Position numbers and translations under genes: made by a program. The notes beneath the pieces are model-generated. The model was not told the origin of the DNA and did no database searches. It saw only the letters and a program-made list of their open reading frames with translations. 64,000 bases of DNA, taken from the IMG/VR virus record IMGVR_UViG_3300031938_000001, positions 1 to 64,000 of that record; one strand, written 5' to 3'. The DNA comes from a virus (taxonomy: Duplodnaviria; Caudoviricetes). Of the stretch, positions 37,799 through 47,296 are shown piece after piece (position 1 is the first letter of the stretch; each line of letters begins with the position of its first letter).

Positions 37799-40168
37799 GT
37801 GGCAATGCCGCCCGCAGCGGTCGTTGACGCCTTCCTCGCCCCCACGACCGCGCACACCCGCCGCGTGGACATCTACGAGGCCGATGGCGTCACCCCGTGG
37901 ATGCTCAGCGCCCCGACGACTGACGGTTCGGTCTCGGTGGACTACAGCCGCGACGAGCGCCGGTCGGTTGACCTCACCTTCGACAACTCGGACGGCTCGC
38001 TGATCTACGACACCAGTGGGTTCTGGTATGACAAGATCATCAAGGTCTTCCGGGGGTGCAAGTACATCGACCCGAATCCGGTAGCCTCCTCGACTGTTCG
38101 CCAGAACCTCGTCCCCAACCCGGCGTTCCGTGCCACCTCGACCACGGTGGAGGTGCGGCGGAACCTGTGCACCAACCCCTCCTTTGGGGCGGGTGCGACG
38201 ACCGGGTGGGTCAACTATGTCGGCGTCGGCACTCTCGCGGCCGAGGCGGGCGCGGCATACTCGGGCTCATATGGACTCACGGCTACTGCGGATGGTACGA
38301 ATGCCGTCCCTCGCATCGCTCAGTCCTATGCGGCTGCAGTGGCTCCCGGCGACTCCATCACGCTCACCGCTCGCGCTCGTCTGGTGGCTGGCTCCGGATG
38401 GCAGCCAACCGCAGCGCCTTACTTTATTCTCCGTGGCGCCAATAATGCGGGGGGCGAATGGGCCATCCCGTACAACCCGACCACGCTCGTCCCTGACGCG
38501 GACGGCTGGTATCTCGTCTCCATGACTGCGGTTGCTGGTTCAGACTCCAATGGAAACCTGACCATCAACCTCGGATTCAGCAACGGAGGCGTTAACCCTC
38601 CAGCGACCGCCAAGTTCCAAGTTGACGAGGTGCTAGTCGAGAAGGGGGCGGGCTCGCTCGCGTACTTCGACGGCGCCACCCCGGCCGCCGAGGGCCTTAC
38701 CTACGCATGGACGGGTGCGGCGAACGCGAGCGCCAGCACGGCAAGCGGCGTCAAGGCAACGGGCTACGCGAACAACGACCCCACCTACTTCCGCCCGTGG
38801 ACGCTGCCCGACCCCGAGGGCGGCGGCAACATCCTGCGCATCCTCTCGGCGCCGACCAACCCGAGCCCGACCGCGCCATACCTGTCCATATCGCCTCGCG
38901 TCCCGGCCGCGCCCGATCAGACGGTGACGTTCTCGTTCGAGGCGAGGGGATATGGCGTGACGCCGGGCCGCCAGTTCCGAGTCACGCTCTACCCGGTGGA
39001 CTCTGGCGGGAACCTGCTGAGCGGCGACGCCATTGCGATCATCGTCAATGAGCCGCTGACCGAGGAGTGGACGAGGTACTCGGGCTCGATCACACTCCCG
39101 GCCACCACGGCGACGATGACGCCTTACATGTACCCGACCGGGGCGACCGCATGGAAGAACGGCATCGACGGCATCGACTTGCGACGATTCATGATCGAGG
39201 ACGGGCTGGCCGCTGGCATCTACTTCGACGGCTCGACCACGGACACCCCGACGCAGGTGCGCTCGTGGGACGGCGCCGCCGACGCGAGCACGTCCACGGA
39301 GACCTCGACCTTCTACGTCTCGAACCCGACCGACGCCTTCTGGGAGACGCAGATCGGTGAGTTCATGATCGACCGGATCACCGAGCCCAACTTCCCGAAC
39401 ATCATCAAGGTGTCCGGCCGGGACTACACCAAGAAGATGCTGCTGTCGAAGTTCACTGCGGCGACCGGCTTCAATGAGGGCCAGTCCGTGGATGCGGTGA
39501 TCAACACCCTCGCGTCCAACGCCGGGATCGACGCCCAGAAGCGGCTCATCCCGGTGACCGGCAAGTTCCTCGGACGCGACTTCATCTTCGACGCCGGGAC
39601 CTCCCGCTGGGAGGCGTGCAAGCAGATCGCCGACGCCTACGGCTACGAGCTCTTCTTTGACGCCTACGGCAACCTCGTCATGCGCGAGTACATCGACCCC
39701 ACCTTCGGGCCGCTGTCCTACACGTTCACGACCGGCTCGCTCGGCAACATGGTGAGTTACGAGAAGACTGTCAATGACAGCCGCCTCTACAATCACATCT
39801 TGGTTACCGGCGAGGCGTCCGACATCCTCTCGGTGAGCGCAGAGTCGCGCAACGACAACCCCTCGAGTCCGACCAACATCACGCTGATCGGCGACCGGCT
39901 CTACACCTACTCCTCGTCGTTCATCACCACCACCCAGCAGGCGCAGGACGTGGCCGACTCCTTCCTCGCGATCCATGCGCTGCAGGAGTACGAACTCAAC
40001 CTGTCGGCGCTGATGCTGCCGTGGCTGGAGGTCGGAGAGATCGTCGCCTTCGAGGACCCGAAGGCGAGCGCCATCCAGCCGGATCGGTTCCTGCTGTCCA
40101 CGCTGACCTACCCGCTCGCCCTCGGCGCCATGAGTGCTGTCGGCAAGCGCGTCACGATTGTAGGCTGA
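37799..40168 (+). CDS. Minor tail/baseplate hub protein with inserted carbohydrate-binding-like domains
   Basis: DGSVSVD...RRS N-terminus; NLVPNPAF and NLCTNPSF modules; FFDAYGNLV. Confidence 0.8.
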   Translation: MAMPPAAVVDAFLAPTTAHTRRVDIYEADGVTPWMLSAPTTDGSVSVDYSRDERRSVDLTFDNSDGSLIYDTSGFWYDKIIKVFRGCKYIDPNPVASSTVRQNLVPNPAFRATSTTVEVRRNLCTNPSFGAGATTGWVNYVGVGTLAAEAGAAYSGSYGLTATADGTNAVPRIAQSYAAAVAPGDSITLTARARLVAGSGWQPTAAPYFILRGANNAGGEWAIPYNPTTLVPDADGWYLVSMTAVAGSDSNGNLTINLGFSNGGVNPPATAKFQVDEVLVEKGAGSLAYFDGATPAAEGLTYAWTGAANASASTASGVKATGYANNDPTYFRPWTLPDPEGGGNILRILSAPTNPSPTAPYLSISPRVPAAPDQTVTFSFEARGYGVTPGRQFRVTLYPVDSGGNLLSGDAIAIIVNEPLTEEWTRYSGSITLPATTATMTPYMYPTGATAWKNGIDGIDLRRFMIEDGLAAGIYFDGSTTDTPTQVRSWDGAADASTSTETSTFYVSNPTDAFWETQIGEFMIDRITEPNFPNIIKVSGRDYTKKMLLSKFTAATGFNEGQSVDAVINTLASNAGIDAQKRLIPVTGKFLGRDFIFDAGTSRWEACKQIADAYGYELFFDAYGNLVMREYIDPTFGPLSYTFTTGSLGNMVSYEKTVNDSRLYNHILVTGEASDILSVSAESRNDNPSSPTNITLIGDRLYTYSSSFITTTQQAQDVADSFLAIHALQEYELNLSALMLPWLEVGEIVAFEDPKASAIQPDRFLLSTLTYPLALGAMSAVGKRVTIVG

Positions 40169-40173
40169 GACTC

Positions 40174-41580
40174 ATGGGTGGATTCGGCGAGTACCCGATC
40201 TCGATGAAGATGCGGGACATCATCGACCGCATCGCGACCTCTGCCATCGACCGCGAGCGCCCGCGCTACAAGTACGCCACGGTCCAGAGTATCGACCGGC
40301 CCAACTACAAGTGCACCGTCCGCTTCCCCGGCGAGTCCACCGACATCACCGTCTCCATGGGCGGCGTGCAGCCCAGCGCGGTCGGCCAGCGGGTTCGGGT
40401 GGCCGGGCTCGGCGGTGACTACTTCGTCGATGACGTGATGGGCAAGCCCTACCTCACTCTCGCCGGCGCCGCCTCGGATGGCGACATCTCCTCTGGAGGG
40501 GCGATCACCTCGGTCGGCCCCATCTCTACCGACGACGCCATCTCTGCCGATGGTGCCGTCGCGTCCGGTGGCCTAGCGTCGGGCGCGGCCGGGCTGCGGG
40601 CGGCCAACGGCAAGGTCTGGTTCGCCACCCCGGCTGGCGATGGCACGAACAACGACCTCATCCGCTACGACGAGACCACCAACCGCTACCACTTCATCGC
40701 AGATCAGGCGACCTCTGACGGAAACGCCAACGCAGATGTGCAGGTGTCCGCCCTGCTGGCCGACACCCTCAAGATGGGGCCGAACGGCTACAACAGGCAC
40801 TTCATCCGCAACCTGCAGCACATGATCACGGGCGGTGGCATCCTCACCTCGAACGCCACGAGCGTCGCGTGGTCCTTCCGCTTCATCGCCATCTCCATCG
40901 CTCGCGGCGCGGACTCGGCGGCCAATGGATACTTCGAGATTCAGATGCCTCCGGACGGCACGGTCATCCCCGGCCTCGGCTCGACCCCCAGTGTCACCGT
41001 GGCGGGCGGCGCGATCCCCTTCGGCTCTTGGAACATGCTGTGGTACAAGTTGCCCCTCGGAGGCACGAGCACCTCCCTGCCGGGGAACTTCTTCGTTACC
41101 AACTACACGGCCGGTGGTAACTTCACGCCGACCGACGACATGATCCCCATCGTGGCCCAGAATCTCGACGGCGCCTCCCACCGCTGGCGCTGGTGCACTG
41201 GGGCGACCACCGACTACTGGCACGCGCCGACGCTACTCAACAGTTGGATCAACTACGGTTCCGGCTGGGACACGGCTGCCTACAAGAAAGAGAACGGCAT
41301 CGTGTACCTCAAGGGGCTGATCAAGTTCGGCTCCCCGGTGACTGCGAACATGTTCATCCTCCCAGCCGGATACCGCCCCATCGGGGACAACATCTTCACC
41401 GGCATCACCAACACCAACACCACGGGTGGCGCGTCTGCGGGTACGGCGCACACGCACGGCCTCGCCTCCACCGGGGTTCGGATCGACATTCTCAGCACTG
41501 GCGAGGTCCTCTGCAACACCCCCAGTGCGGCGGCGGGATTCATCAGTCTCGCAGGCATTTCCTTCCCCGCCGGAGGCTGA
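40174..41580 (+). CDS. Minor tail protein / tail spike-fibre
   Basis: N-terminal YATVQSID; C-terminal LLNSW.NY...AYKKENGIVYLKGLI. Confidence 0.8.
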   Translation: MGGFGEYPISMKMRDIIDRIATSAIDRERPRYKYATVQSIDRPNYKCTVRFPGESTDITVSMGGVQPSAVGQRVRVAGLGGDYFVDDVMGKPYLTLAGAASDGDISSGGAITSVGPISTDDAISADGAVASGGLASGAAGLRAANGKVWFATPAGDGTNNDLIRYDETTNRYHFIADQATSDGNANADVQVSALLADTLKMGPNGYNRHFIRNLQHMITGGGILTSNATSVAWSFRFIAISIARGADSAANGYFEIQMPPDGTVIPGLGSTPSVTVAGGAIPFGSWNMLWYKLPLGGTSTSLPGNFFVTNYTAGGNFTPTDDMIPIVAQNLDGASHRWRWCTGATTDYWHAPTLLNSWINYGSGWDTAAYKKENGIVYLKGLIKFGSPVTANMFILPAGYRPIGDNIFTGITNTNTTGGASAGTAHTHGLASTGVRIDILSTGEVLCNTPSAAAGFISLAGISFPAGG

Positions 41581-41671
41581 TTCTCGAGCGGTGTTAGACC
41601 CGCAATGCCTCGAGGCGATATCGTGAGCACATCTGCTGATCCCAGCATGCCCGTACCCACGGAGGACAGGA

Positions 41672-42037
41672 ATGGACTTCTTCGACCCGACAAACGTGGC
41701 CCGACTCATCGGCCTCGTCGTCCCGCTGCTCGTCGCACTCGTCTCCAAGAAGGTCGCCGATGGCGGCGTGAAGGGCTGGCTCAACGTCGCCCTGTCCGCG
41801 CTCGCTGCGGTGATCGCCACCCTCATCGGCGCCGATGGCGGCTGGGCGTGGATGGCCTTCTTGAACGCATGGATCAATGCCTTCATCGTCGGCATCGCGG
41901 CCTACTACGGCGTCTACAAGCCCAACGGCCTCACCCAGTCGGTCACGAGGAACACCGCAAACTTCGGTGTCGTGTCCCTGCTCGGGTATCGCGGTAGCAA
42001 GCGGCCCGAGGTCGAGGTGAAGGCGCCAGCGGCATGA
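41672..42037 (+). CDS. Holin
   Basis: Three hydrophobic segments, basic C-terminus, AAYYGVYKP; next to endolysin. Confidence 0.8.
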   Translation: MDFFDPTNVARLIGLVVPLLVALVSKKVADGGVKGWLNVALSALAAVIATLIGADGGWAWMAFLNAWINAFIVGIAAYYGVYKPNGLTQSVTRNTANFGVVSLLGYRGSKRPEVEVKAPAA

Positions 42038-42180
42038 CCGAGCTCCCCACGGTGGTCCCCTCGGACGCCGATGAAGGCTGGACGCCTCCCGGCTACACCC
42101 CCGGCCCAGACGACCCCGGCCCTGTGCAGGACGTGCACAGTGAGCACGAGGACGACGTGACCGAGGGAGACGAGTCGTGA
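42034..42180 (+). CDS. Small acidic Pro-rich peptide, 48 aa
   Basis: ATGA/GTGA coupling to holin and endolysin. Confidence 0.6.
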   Translation: MTELPTVVPSDADEGWTPPGYTPGPDDPGPVQDVHSEHEDDVTEGDES

Positions 42181-43142
42181 GCACCTCTGTCTGGCTGCGC
42201 GACGCCATCGCCAAGCCGTCCTCCAACGACGGCGGCTCGATGATCGGTGGCGCGGCCTACCTCACGTGGCACACCTTCGAGGCCGACCCGATGAGGTTGA
42301 GCGCCCGTGCTGGCGCCGACATCCTCATCCGGCAGGGCACCGAAGTGCACTTCGTCGTCAACCCCATCTCGGGCGAGATCGTGCAGATCCTCCCGGTCAA
42401 CCGCGCTGGTCGCGGTCTGGTCAATGCCCCCGGTGGCGTCCAGACGAACCGCGCTGGCACCGTGAACATCCAAGTCGAGGTCATCGCCTACGCTCGCGAC
42501 CCCTTCACCGCCAAGTGGAGCGCCGCAGGGCGAGCCGCCATCGGGCGGATCAGGGCGTTCGCCGCGCTGCATGGAGTTGCAGTCGGAACGTGGCCCGCCG
42601 GAGCCCCACTGGGTGCCGGAGCTCGCTACAACCGCATCGCACCCGCCTCATCTGGTGAATACACCCACCAGAACTGGCTCGAGAACTGGCACTGGGACGC
42701 CGGAGCCATCTCGGTCATCGAGATGAACGCGACCACGGGAGGCGCGGCGCCCAAGCCTGCGCCCGCCCCGGCGCCGAGCAAGCCCAAGCCCACGAGCAAG
42801 CCCAAGGCCGTTCCCGGTCCCGGCTACGCCTTCCCGCTGCCGAGCGGCTACTACTTCGGCCCCGCCTCCGGTGGCCCGAAGTCGGTGTCCGGCATCTACG
42901 CGCGGTCCTTCAAGGGTCGCCCCGACGACTGGTGGCTGCGGGAGTTCGCAAACCAGTTGGCGCGGCGCGGCTGGTCGGTCGGGCGCGGCAAGCGCTACCT
43001 CGGGCGGTATGGCAACGACGGCAAGTACGGTTCCGAGTACACCGAACTCATCGAGGCATTCCAGCGTGATCAGGACCTCGGCGACGACGGCCTGCTCGGG
43101 CCTGCCACGTGGAATGCCGCCTTCAAGAACCCGGTCACGTAA
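42177..43142 (+). CDS. Endolysin: amidase-like catalytic domain, PA/PK linker, peptidoglycan-binding domain
   Basis: WHTFE, HFVV, IQVE, H...H.DAG; DGLLGPATW. Confidence 0.85.
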   Translation: MSTSVWLRDAIAKPSSNDGGSMIGGAAYLTWHTFEADPMRLSARAGADILIRQGTEVHFVVNPISGEIVQILPVNRAGRGLVNAPGGVQTNRAGTVNIQVEVIAYARDPFTAKWSAAGRAAIGRIRAFAALHGVAVGTWPAGAPLGAGARYNRIAPASSGEYTHQNWLENWHWDAGAISVIEMNATTGGAAPKPAPAPAPSKPKPTSKPKAVPGPGYAFPLPSGYYFGPASGGPKSVSGIYARSFKGRPDDWWLREFANQLARRGWSVGRGKRYLGRYGNDGKYGSEYTELIEAFQRDQDLGDDGLLGPATWNAAFKNPVT

Positions 43143-43157
43143 CGCCAAAGGCATACT

Positions 43158-43589
43158 GTGACCGAGCGCCCACTGCCATACGCGACAGACGAGAAGCGCT
43201 GGGGCGTTCTCTACAGGTGTTCCTTCGGGACCATCGGTGCGAGCGCGCTCTACGCAGTCCTCTACCTCGTGCGCCCCGAACAGGTCGAGCGAAGCCTGCT
43301 CGGGGCGCTGGCGACCCATCAAGCATGGGCCGGTGTGCAGTTGGCGCTTTCGCTAGGGCTGCTGCTCGCGCAGCGGCATGGTGGCCCGTGGTTGCGGATG
43401 GCTCACGCCATCGGCCTCGGTGTGCAGACGTTCTACGCTCTCATGTGGCTTGCGTCCGGGCTGATTGACCGCTCCGGGCTGTTCGTGGCAGTGGGAGTGG
43501 GGTCGATTGCACTCATGCATTGGGCGATGTCCAGCGTTCGCTGGCCGCTCAAGAACACACACAAAGGACGCGGGCGTGGGCGGAAGTAA
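43158..43589 (+). CDS. Multi-pass membrane protein of lysis cassette
   Basis: About four hydrophobic segments. Confidence 0.7.
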   Translation: MTERPLPYATDEKRWGVLYRCSFGTIGASALYAVLYLVRPEQVERSLLGALATHQAWAGVQLALSLGLLLAQRHGGPWLRMAHAIGLGVQTFYALMWLASGLIDRSGLFVAVGVGSIALMHWAMSSVRWPLKNTHKGRGRGRK

Positions 43590-43833
43590 CGGGGTCGTTC
43601 TCGCCGCCGTCATTACGGCGATCTTCTCGGGCGTTATCGGGGTGGTCACCGCATTGCCGACGGTTGTCAAGACCATCAGGGAGATCAAGCGGGGCGACAC
43701 GGAGGACTACCGCGAAGCGGTGACCTTGCGAGCGCTCATCCGGAGGCTGTACTCATGGATGAATGGTCGCGCCGTGTGGGATGATCTGCCTGACGAGATT
43801 CGTGAGTCGATAGAGCGAGAGGCTCTGAAATGA
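43576..43833 (+). CDS. Single-pass membrane protein (holin-like accessory)
   Basis: AAAGGA RBS; N-terminal hydrophobic helix. Confidence 0.7.
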   Translation: MGGSNGVVLAAVITAIFSGVIGVVTALPTVVKTIREIKRGDTEDYREAVTLRALIRRLYSWMNGRAVWDDLPDEIRESIEREALK

Positions 43834-44579
43834 CAAGGGAAATCGTGAAGCGGGAGCGGAAGGTCACGGTGGGTTTCATCGTGGTCGTCCTGTCGTTGAT
43901 CGCGCTGGGGGGGCTGGCCTTGTTTCTCTACGACCAGAACCAGATGCAGGACCGAGCGATCCACTCCCTCCAGACGGAGAGCGTCAAGAAGGGCGATGCC
44001 ATCGACGCCCTCTCCAACGACAGCAAGAAACTTCGGGACAAGTTGGCGAAGGAGGGGGTGAACCCGAACACCATCGCGCCACCCCCCGAGAAGCGCACCA
44101 ACGAGGTGCCTGAGCCGACTGTCGTCAACAACACGATCATCCAGCGGCCGACGTACGCACAGGTACAGTCAGCCGTGGAGAGCGTGATGAAGTCGAACCC
44201 TGACCTCACGCAGTCGCAGATCGTGTCGGCGGTGGGCGCCTACCTCAAGGCTAATCCGCCGCCCGCTGGCCCTGCTGGAAAGAACGGCGCCAACGGCAAG
44301 GACGGCACGAACGGTGTCGATGGCGCCAGCGGGCCGCCCGGTCCCTCGCCGACGCAGGAGCAGGTGGACGCCGCCGTGGTCGCGTACTGCGACAGCCACG
44401 ACGGGTGCGCAGGTCCACCGGGGCCGACTGGACAGCCCGGCGCCGACGGCACGGACGCAGTTCCCTTCTCGTTCATCTTCACCATTCCCGAGGATCCGCC
44501 CCTCAAGCCAGCGCGCACCTACAAGTGCACCATCTCTGCGCCGGACACCAATGCGGAGTGCGTCCTGCAGAATCAGTGA
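43830..44579 (+). CDS. Membrane-anchored coiled-coil protein with collagen-like repeats
   Basis: N-terminal TM; G-X-Y repeats; C-terminal Cys pairs. Confidence 0.75.
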   Translation: MTREIVKRERKVTVGFIVVVLSLIALGGLALFLYDQNQMQDRAIHSLQTESVKKGDAIDALSNDSKKLRDKLAKEGVNPNTIAPPPEKRTNEVPEPTVVNNTIIQRPTYAQVQSAVESVMKSNPDLTQSQIVSAVGAYLKANPPPAGPAGKNGANGKDGTNGVDGASGPPGPSPTQEQVDAAVVAYCDSHDGCAGPPGPTGQPGADGTDAVPFSFIFTIPEDPPLKPARTYKCTISAPDTNAECVLQNQ

Positions 44580-44610
44580 GTTTCCCCGACCGCTACCGGG
44601 GATGGGCCAC

Positions 44611-44646
44611 GGCCCCAGCACTCAATCTCACGAGAGTGCTGGGGCC
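44611..44646. terminator. 13-bp hairpin between convergent arms
   Basis: GGCCCCAGCACTC / GAGTGCTGGGGCC. Confidence 0.75.
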
Positions 44647-44747
44647 GTTGGTGTTGAGTAGAGATGGAATGGCTCGCTTCGTTTGTTGCCGGCGAATCAC
44701 TGGGCTCCCACTGGCTCAGACTGGAGTCCCAGACTTGGGCCAGTGAA

Positions 44748-44975
44748 CTAGGTGACGCTGATGGCTTCCGGCTCCACGACCGTCGCGGCGGCGGCCTTGT
44801 ACGCCATGCCCGACTCGTAGGAGCGCACCGTCTCGCGGATGTAGTCGGCGATCCGAGCCTTGGTGAACGCAGCCTTGGTGACGCCGCTGTTCGGGTCGTA
44901 GTCGAAGGTGTTGGTGAACGCCTCCACGACGCGCGGACCTGCGTCGTCGGGGTAGGTGAAGGTGAGCGTCGCCAC
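44748..44975 (-). CDS. Hypothetical protein
   Basis: TAGTG coupling; GAGGAAG upstream. Confidence 0.65.
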   Translation of the reverse strand: MATLTFTYPDDAGPRVVEAFTNTFDYDPNSGVTKAAFTKARIADYIRETVRSYESGMAYKAAAATVVEPEAISVT

Positions 44976-45160
44976 TAGAACTTCCTCGTCTTGTGTTGGG
45001 GGGAGGGCGACTTGGAGATGTCGGCCTGCTGGCTGCCGGTGACCGGGAACCCTTCGTGGCCGCAGTTCACGCAGCGGGGCGGGTTGCCGCCGGGCGTGAT
45101 GACCTTCTTGGGGATCTCATTCACGTAGCCGCAGGTCATGCACCTGATCTTCTTCGCCAC
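44975..45160 (-). CDS. Small Zn-ribbon protein
   Basis: CMTC and CVNC pairs. Confidence 0.65.
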   Translation of the reverse strand: MAKKIRCMTCGYVNEIPKKVITPGGNPPRCVNCGHEGFPVTGSQQADISKSPSPQHKTRKF

Positions 45161-46165
45161 TCAGATCAACTCCTTGAGGATAGCCTCCGCGAGCAATGGA
45201 GGGATAGCGTTGCCGACCTGCTCGAACTGCTTGGTCCGCGACCCCATCCAACGGTAGTCGCGCGGGAACGACTGCAACACCCCCGCCTGCTCGACGGTGA
45301 TGGGCACCGACCCCGGCGCATTCTGGCGCGGCCCGTCGCCCGCCTTGCGGTAGCCCGGCCCGGCCATGATGTCGGGGCGGAACGAGCCGACAACCGTGGT
45401 CGCAGGGCGCCGGAACACCCACTCGGGCACCTCCTCGGGAACAGGCGTCACGGCCCACGAGCGGGCCTTCTCGCCGAGCGTGCGAGCGGGGCGGTCGGTG
45501 GTGAAGGTGGCCGAGCGGCTGTGCGGCCCGTCGCCGCCGTCACCCCGGCTGTCCAGCACCGTGTGGGTGCCCCGCCAGCCGAGCGCCTCACCCATGGTGA
45601 TCCGAGGTCGCAGGGAGGAGCCGAACAGGTCATCCATCTCGTGATTGTCCCCGTGGGTGGGCTGCGGCGGGTTAAAGTCCTTCAGGCTCGCCATCAGGAT
45701 CGCGCGCTCACGCTGCTGGGGGACTCCGTACTCAGATGCGTCGAGCACTCCGGTCCATACCTTGTAGCCCATATCGCGCAGCAGGTCGGCGAAATACTTC
45801 CAGATGATGATGACCTTGGGCACCTGCTCGAGGGCGATGGATTCGGGCCGGATGAGCTCGGCCCAGCGCATCGGCTGGTAGACCAACTGACCACGGACGC
45901 CATCGAGGTACAACTTCTTGCCTGCGTCCGAGAAGTCCTGACAGGGCGGTGATGAGATGTGCAGGCGGACCCGGCCCCGCAAATGGGAGGGGTCGTAGGC
46001 GGCCACGTCGCAGCGGACTGTATGATGCCCGTTCGCCGCGCGGGTCGCGCACGCCGCCTTGTCCTTCTCGAACCCCACGACACGCTTCATCCCGAGTCGG
46101 GTGGCGGCCACGTCCCAGCCGCCGGGGCCTGCGAAGGTGTCAACGTCAATGCGGTCGTCGTCCAC
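45161..46165 (-). CDS. DNA cytosine-5 methyltransferase
   Basis: FAGPGG, SPPCQDFS, EQV (ENV variant), QQRER, QVGNA. Confidence 0.9.
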   Translation of the reverse strand: MDDDRIDVDTFAGPGGWDVAATRLGMKRVVGFEKDKAACATRAANGHHTVRCDVAAYDPSHLRGRVRLHISSPPCQDFSDAGKKLYLDGVRGQLVYQPMRWAELIRPESIALEQVPKVIIIWKYFADLLRDMGYKVWTGVLDASEYGVPQQRERAILMASLKDFNPPQPTHGDNHEMDDLFGSSLRPRITMGEALGWRGTHTVLDSRGDGGDGPHSRSATFTTDRPARTLGEKARSWAVTPVPEEVPEWVFRRPATTVVGSFRPDIMAGPGYRKAGDGPRQNAPGSVPITVEQAGVLQSFPRDYRWMGSRTKQFEQVGNAIPPLLAEAILKELI

Positions 46166-46173
46166 GCAGGTTC

Positions 46174-46671
46174 CTATCGGTAGAGGTATGCCGGAGGCGG
46201 GTCGGGGTGCTTGATGTACTCGTCAGGGATGATCCCGAGTTCGTCGAACATCTCGCCCATGCTCTTTGCCATCCTCTTTGTGGCGTGACCCACTCCGAAC
46301 ATGGCGGTCGTCGCCCGGCTGAACATCGTCGGGTCGAGCGCTCGCGAGATGGAGGCTGGCCTGACGTGAGGCTCGAGGACGCCCAGCAGCGGGGTGATGG
46401 TTGGCGGGGAGAGCACGCCGCTCAACCGAACCGTGCCGCCCACCCGCGTGTAGGTGTAGATGCCATCCGGCGTCACGCTGTAGTGCGGAGCGACCGTGGC
46501 GCCACACAGGGCGCCGCTGACGGCTTCGGGGGGCTCGGGTGAGCCCTCGGCGGCTACGGGGCCGCAAATCGCCGCTGAGCGCTTGTGGGTGGTGCAGTAG
46601 TCGCCATCCAAGATGGTGCACTTGGCTGTCCGCTCGAACCACGTTGCGTCGCCGAACCGCCGCCGCTTCAT
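46174..46671 (-). CDS. Hypothetical protein
   Basis: ATGA coupling at 46671. Confidence 0.6.
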   Translation of the reverse strand: MKRRRFGDATWFERTAKCTILDGDYCTTHKRSAAICGPVAAEGSPEPPEAVSGALCGATVAPHYSVTPDGIYTYTRVGGTVRLSGVLSPPTITPLLGVLEPHVRPASISRALDPTMFSRATTAMFGVGHATKRMAKSMGEMFDELGIIPDEYIKHPDPPPAYLYR

Positions 46672-47294
46672 CGGTACTCCCAAGCACCGGGGCCAGTGAT
46701 GTCGCCTTCGTACTGGAGGATTCCCAAGGCGCAGGGTCCGCAAAGGAAGAAGTCCAGATAGGCATTCTCATGGGTGGGATGTGCAGCGTGTATCTCGTGG
46801 ATGTTGGTCGTGAGGTCGCGCCCGCGATACCACCACTCGGTATCCGTGTGTCCGAATGCATCCGCCTCGCAGTCGCGCGGGTTGTGACTCAACCCAATGG
46901 CGGGGAACTCGGGCGCCGGGCTATCCCTCTTGGCATGGACTCTCGGCCCGAGCGTCGCGCCGAGAGTCCAACGGGTGCGCTGGTAGATGTGCCATCGGAA
47001 GTGGTTCATCTTCTCGTCGGAGTACTCCCTCGCCTTCAAAAAGGCGCGCAGAGGACTCTTGCCCTGCACGCTTGTGCCGTCGAAGAACCTCGCGGAGTAG
47101 GTCCTCTCGAAGCCCTCCGTCCTAATCACCTCGACGACCCCCTCGGCCCACCGATCCGGCACGTTGGGGACCTCGAACTCGCGAGGGGTTACAGGGTCGG
47201 AGTCAGTGAGGCCGATGAAGCCGCCGGACATGGCATCCATGTCGTATCGGCTGCCGGACGCGCTGGACATGCGTGGGGTGAAATCTTTCCCCAT
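46668..47294 (-). CDS. Hypothetical protein
   Basis: Operon packing. Confidence 0.6.
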   Translation of the reverse strand: MGKDFTPRMSSASGSRYDMDAMSGGFIGLTDSDPVTPREFEVPNVPDRWAEGVVEVIRTEGFERTYSARFFDGTSVQGKSPLRAFLKAREYSDEKMNHFRWHIYQRTRWTLGATLGPRVHAKRDSPAPEFPAIGLSHNPRDCEADAFGHTDTEWWYRGRDLTTNIHEIHAAHPTHENAYLDFFLCGPCALGILQYEGDITGPGAWEYR

Positions 47295-47296
47295 GG

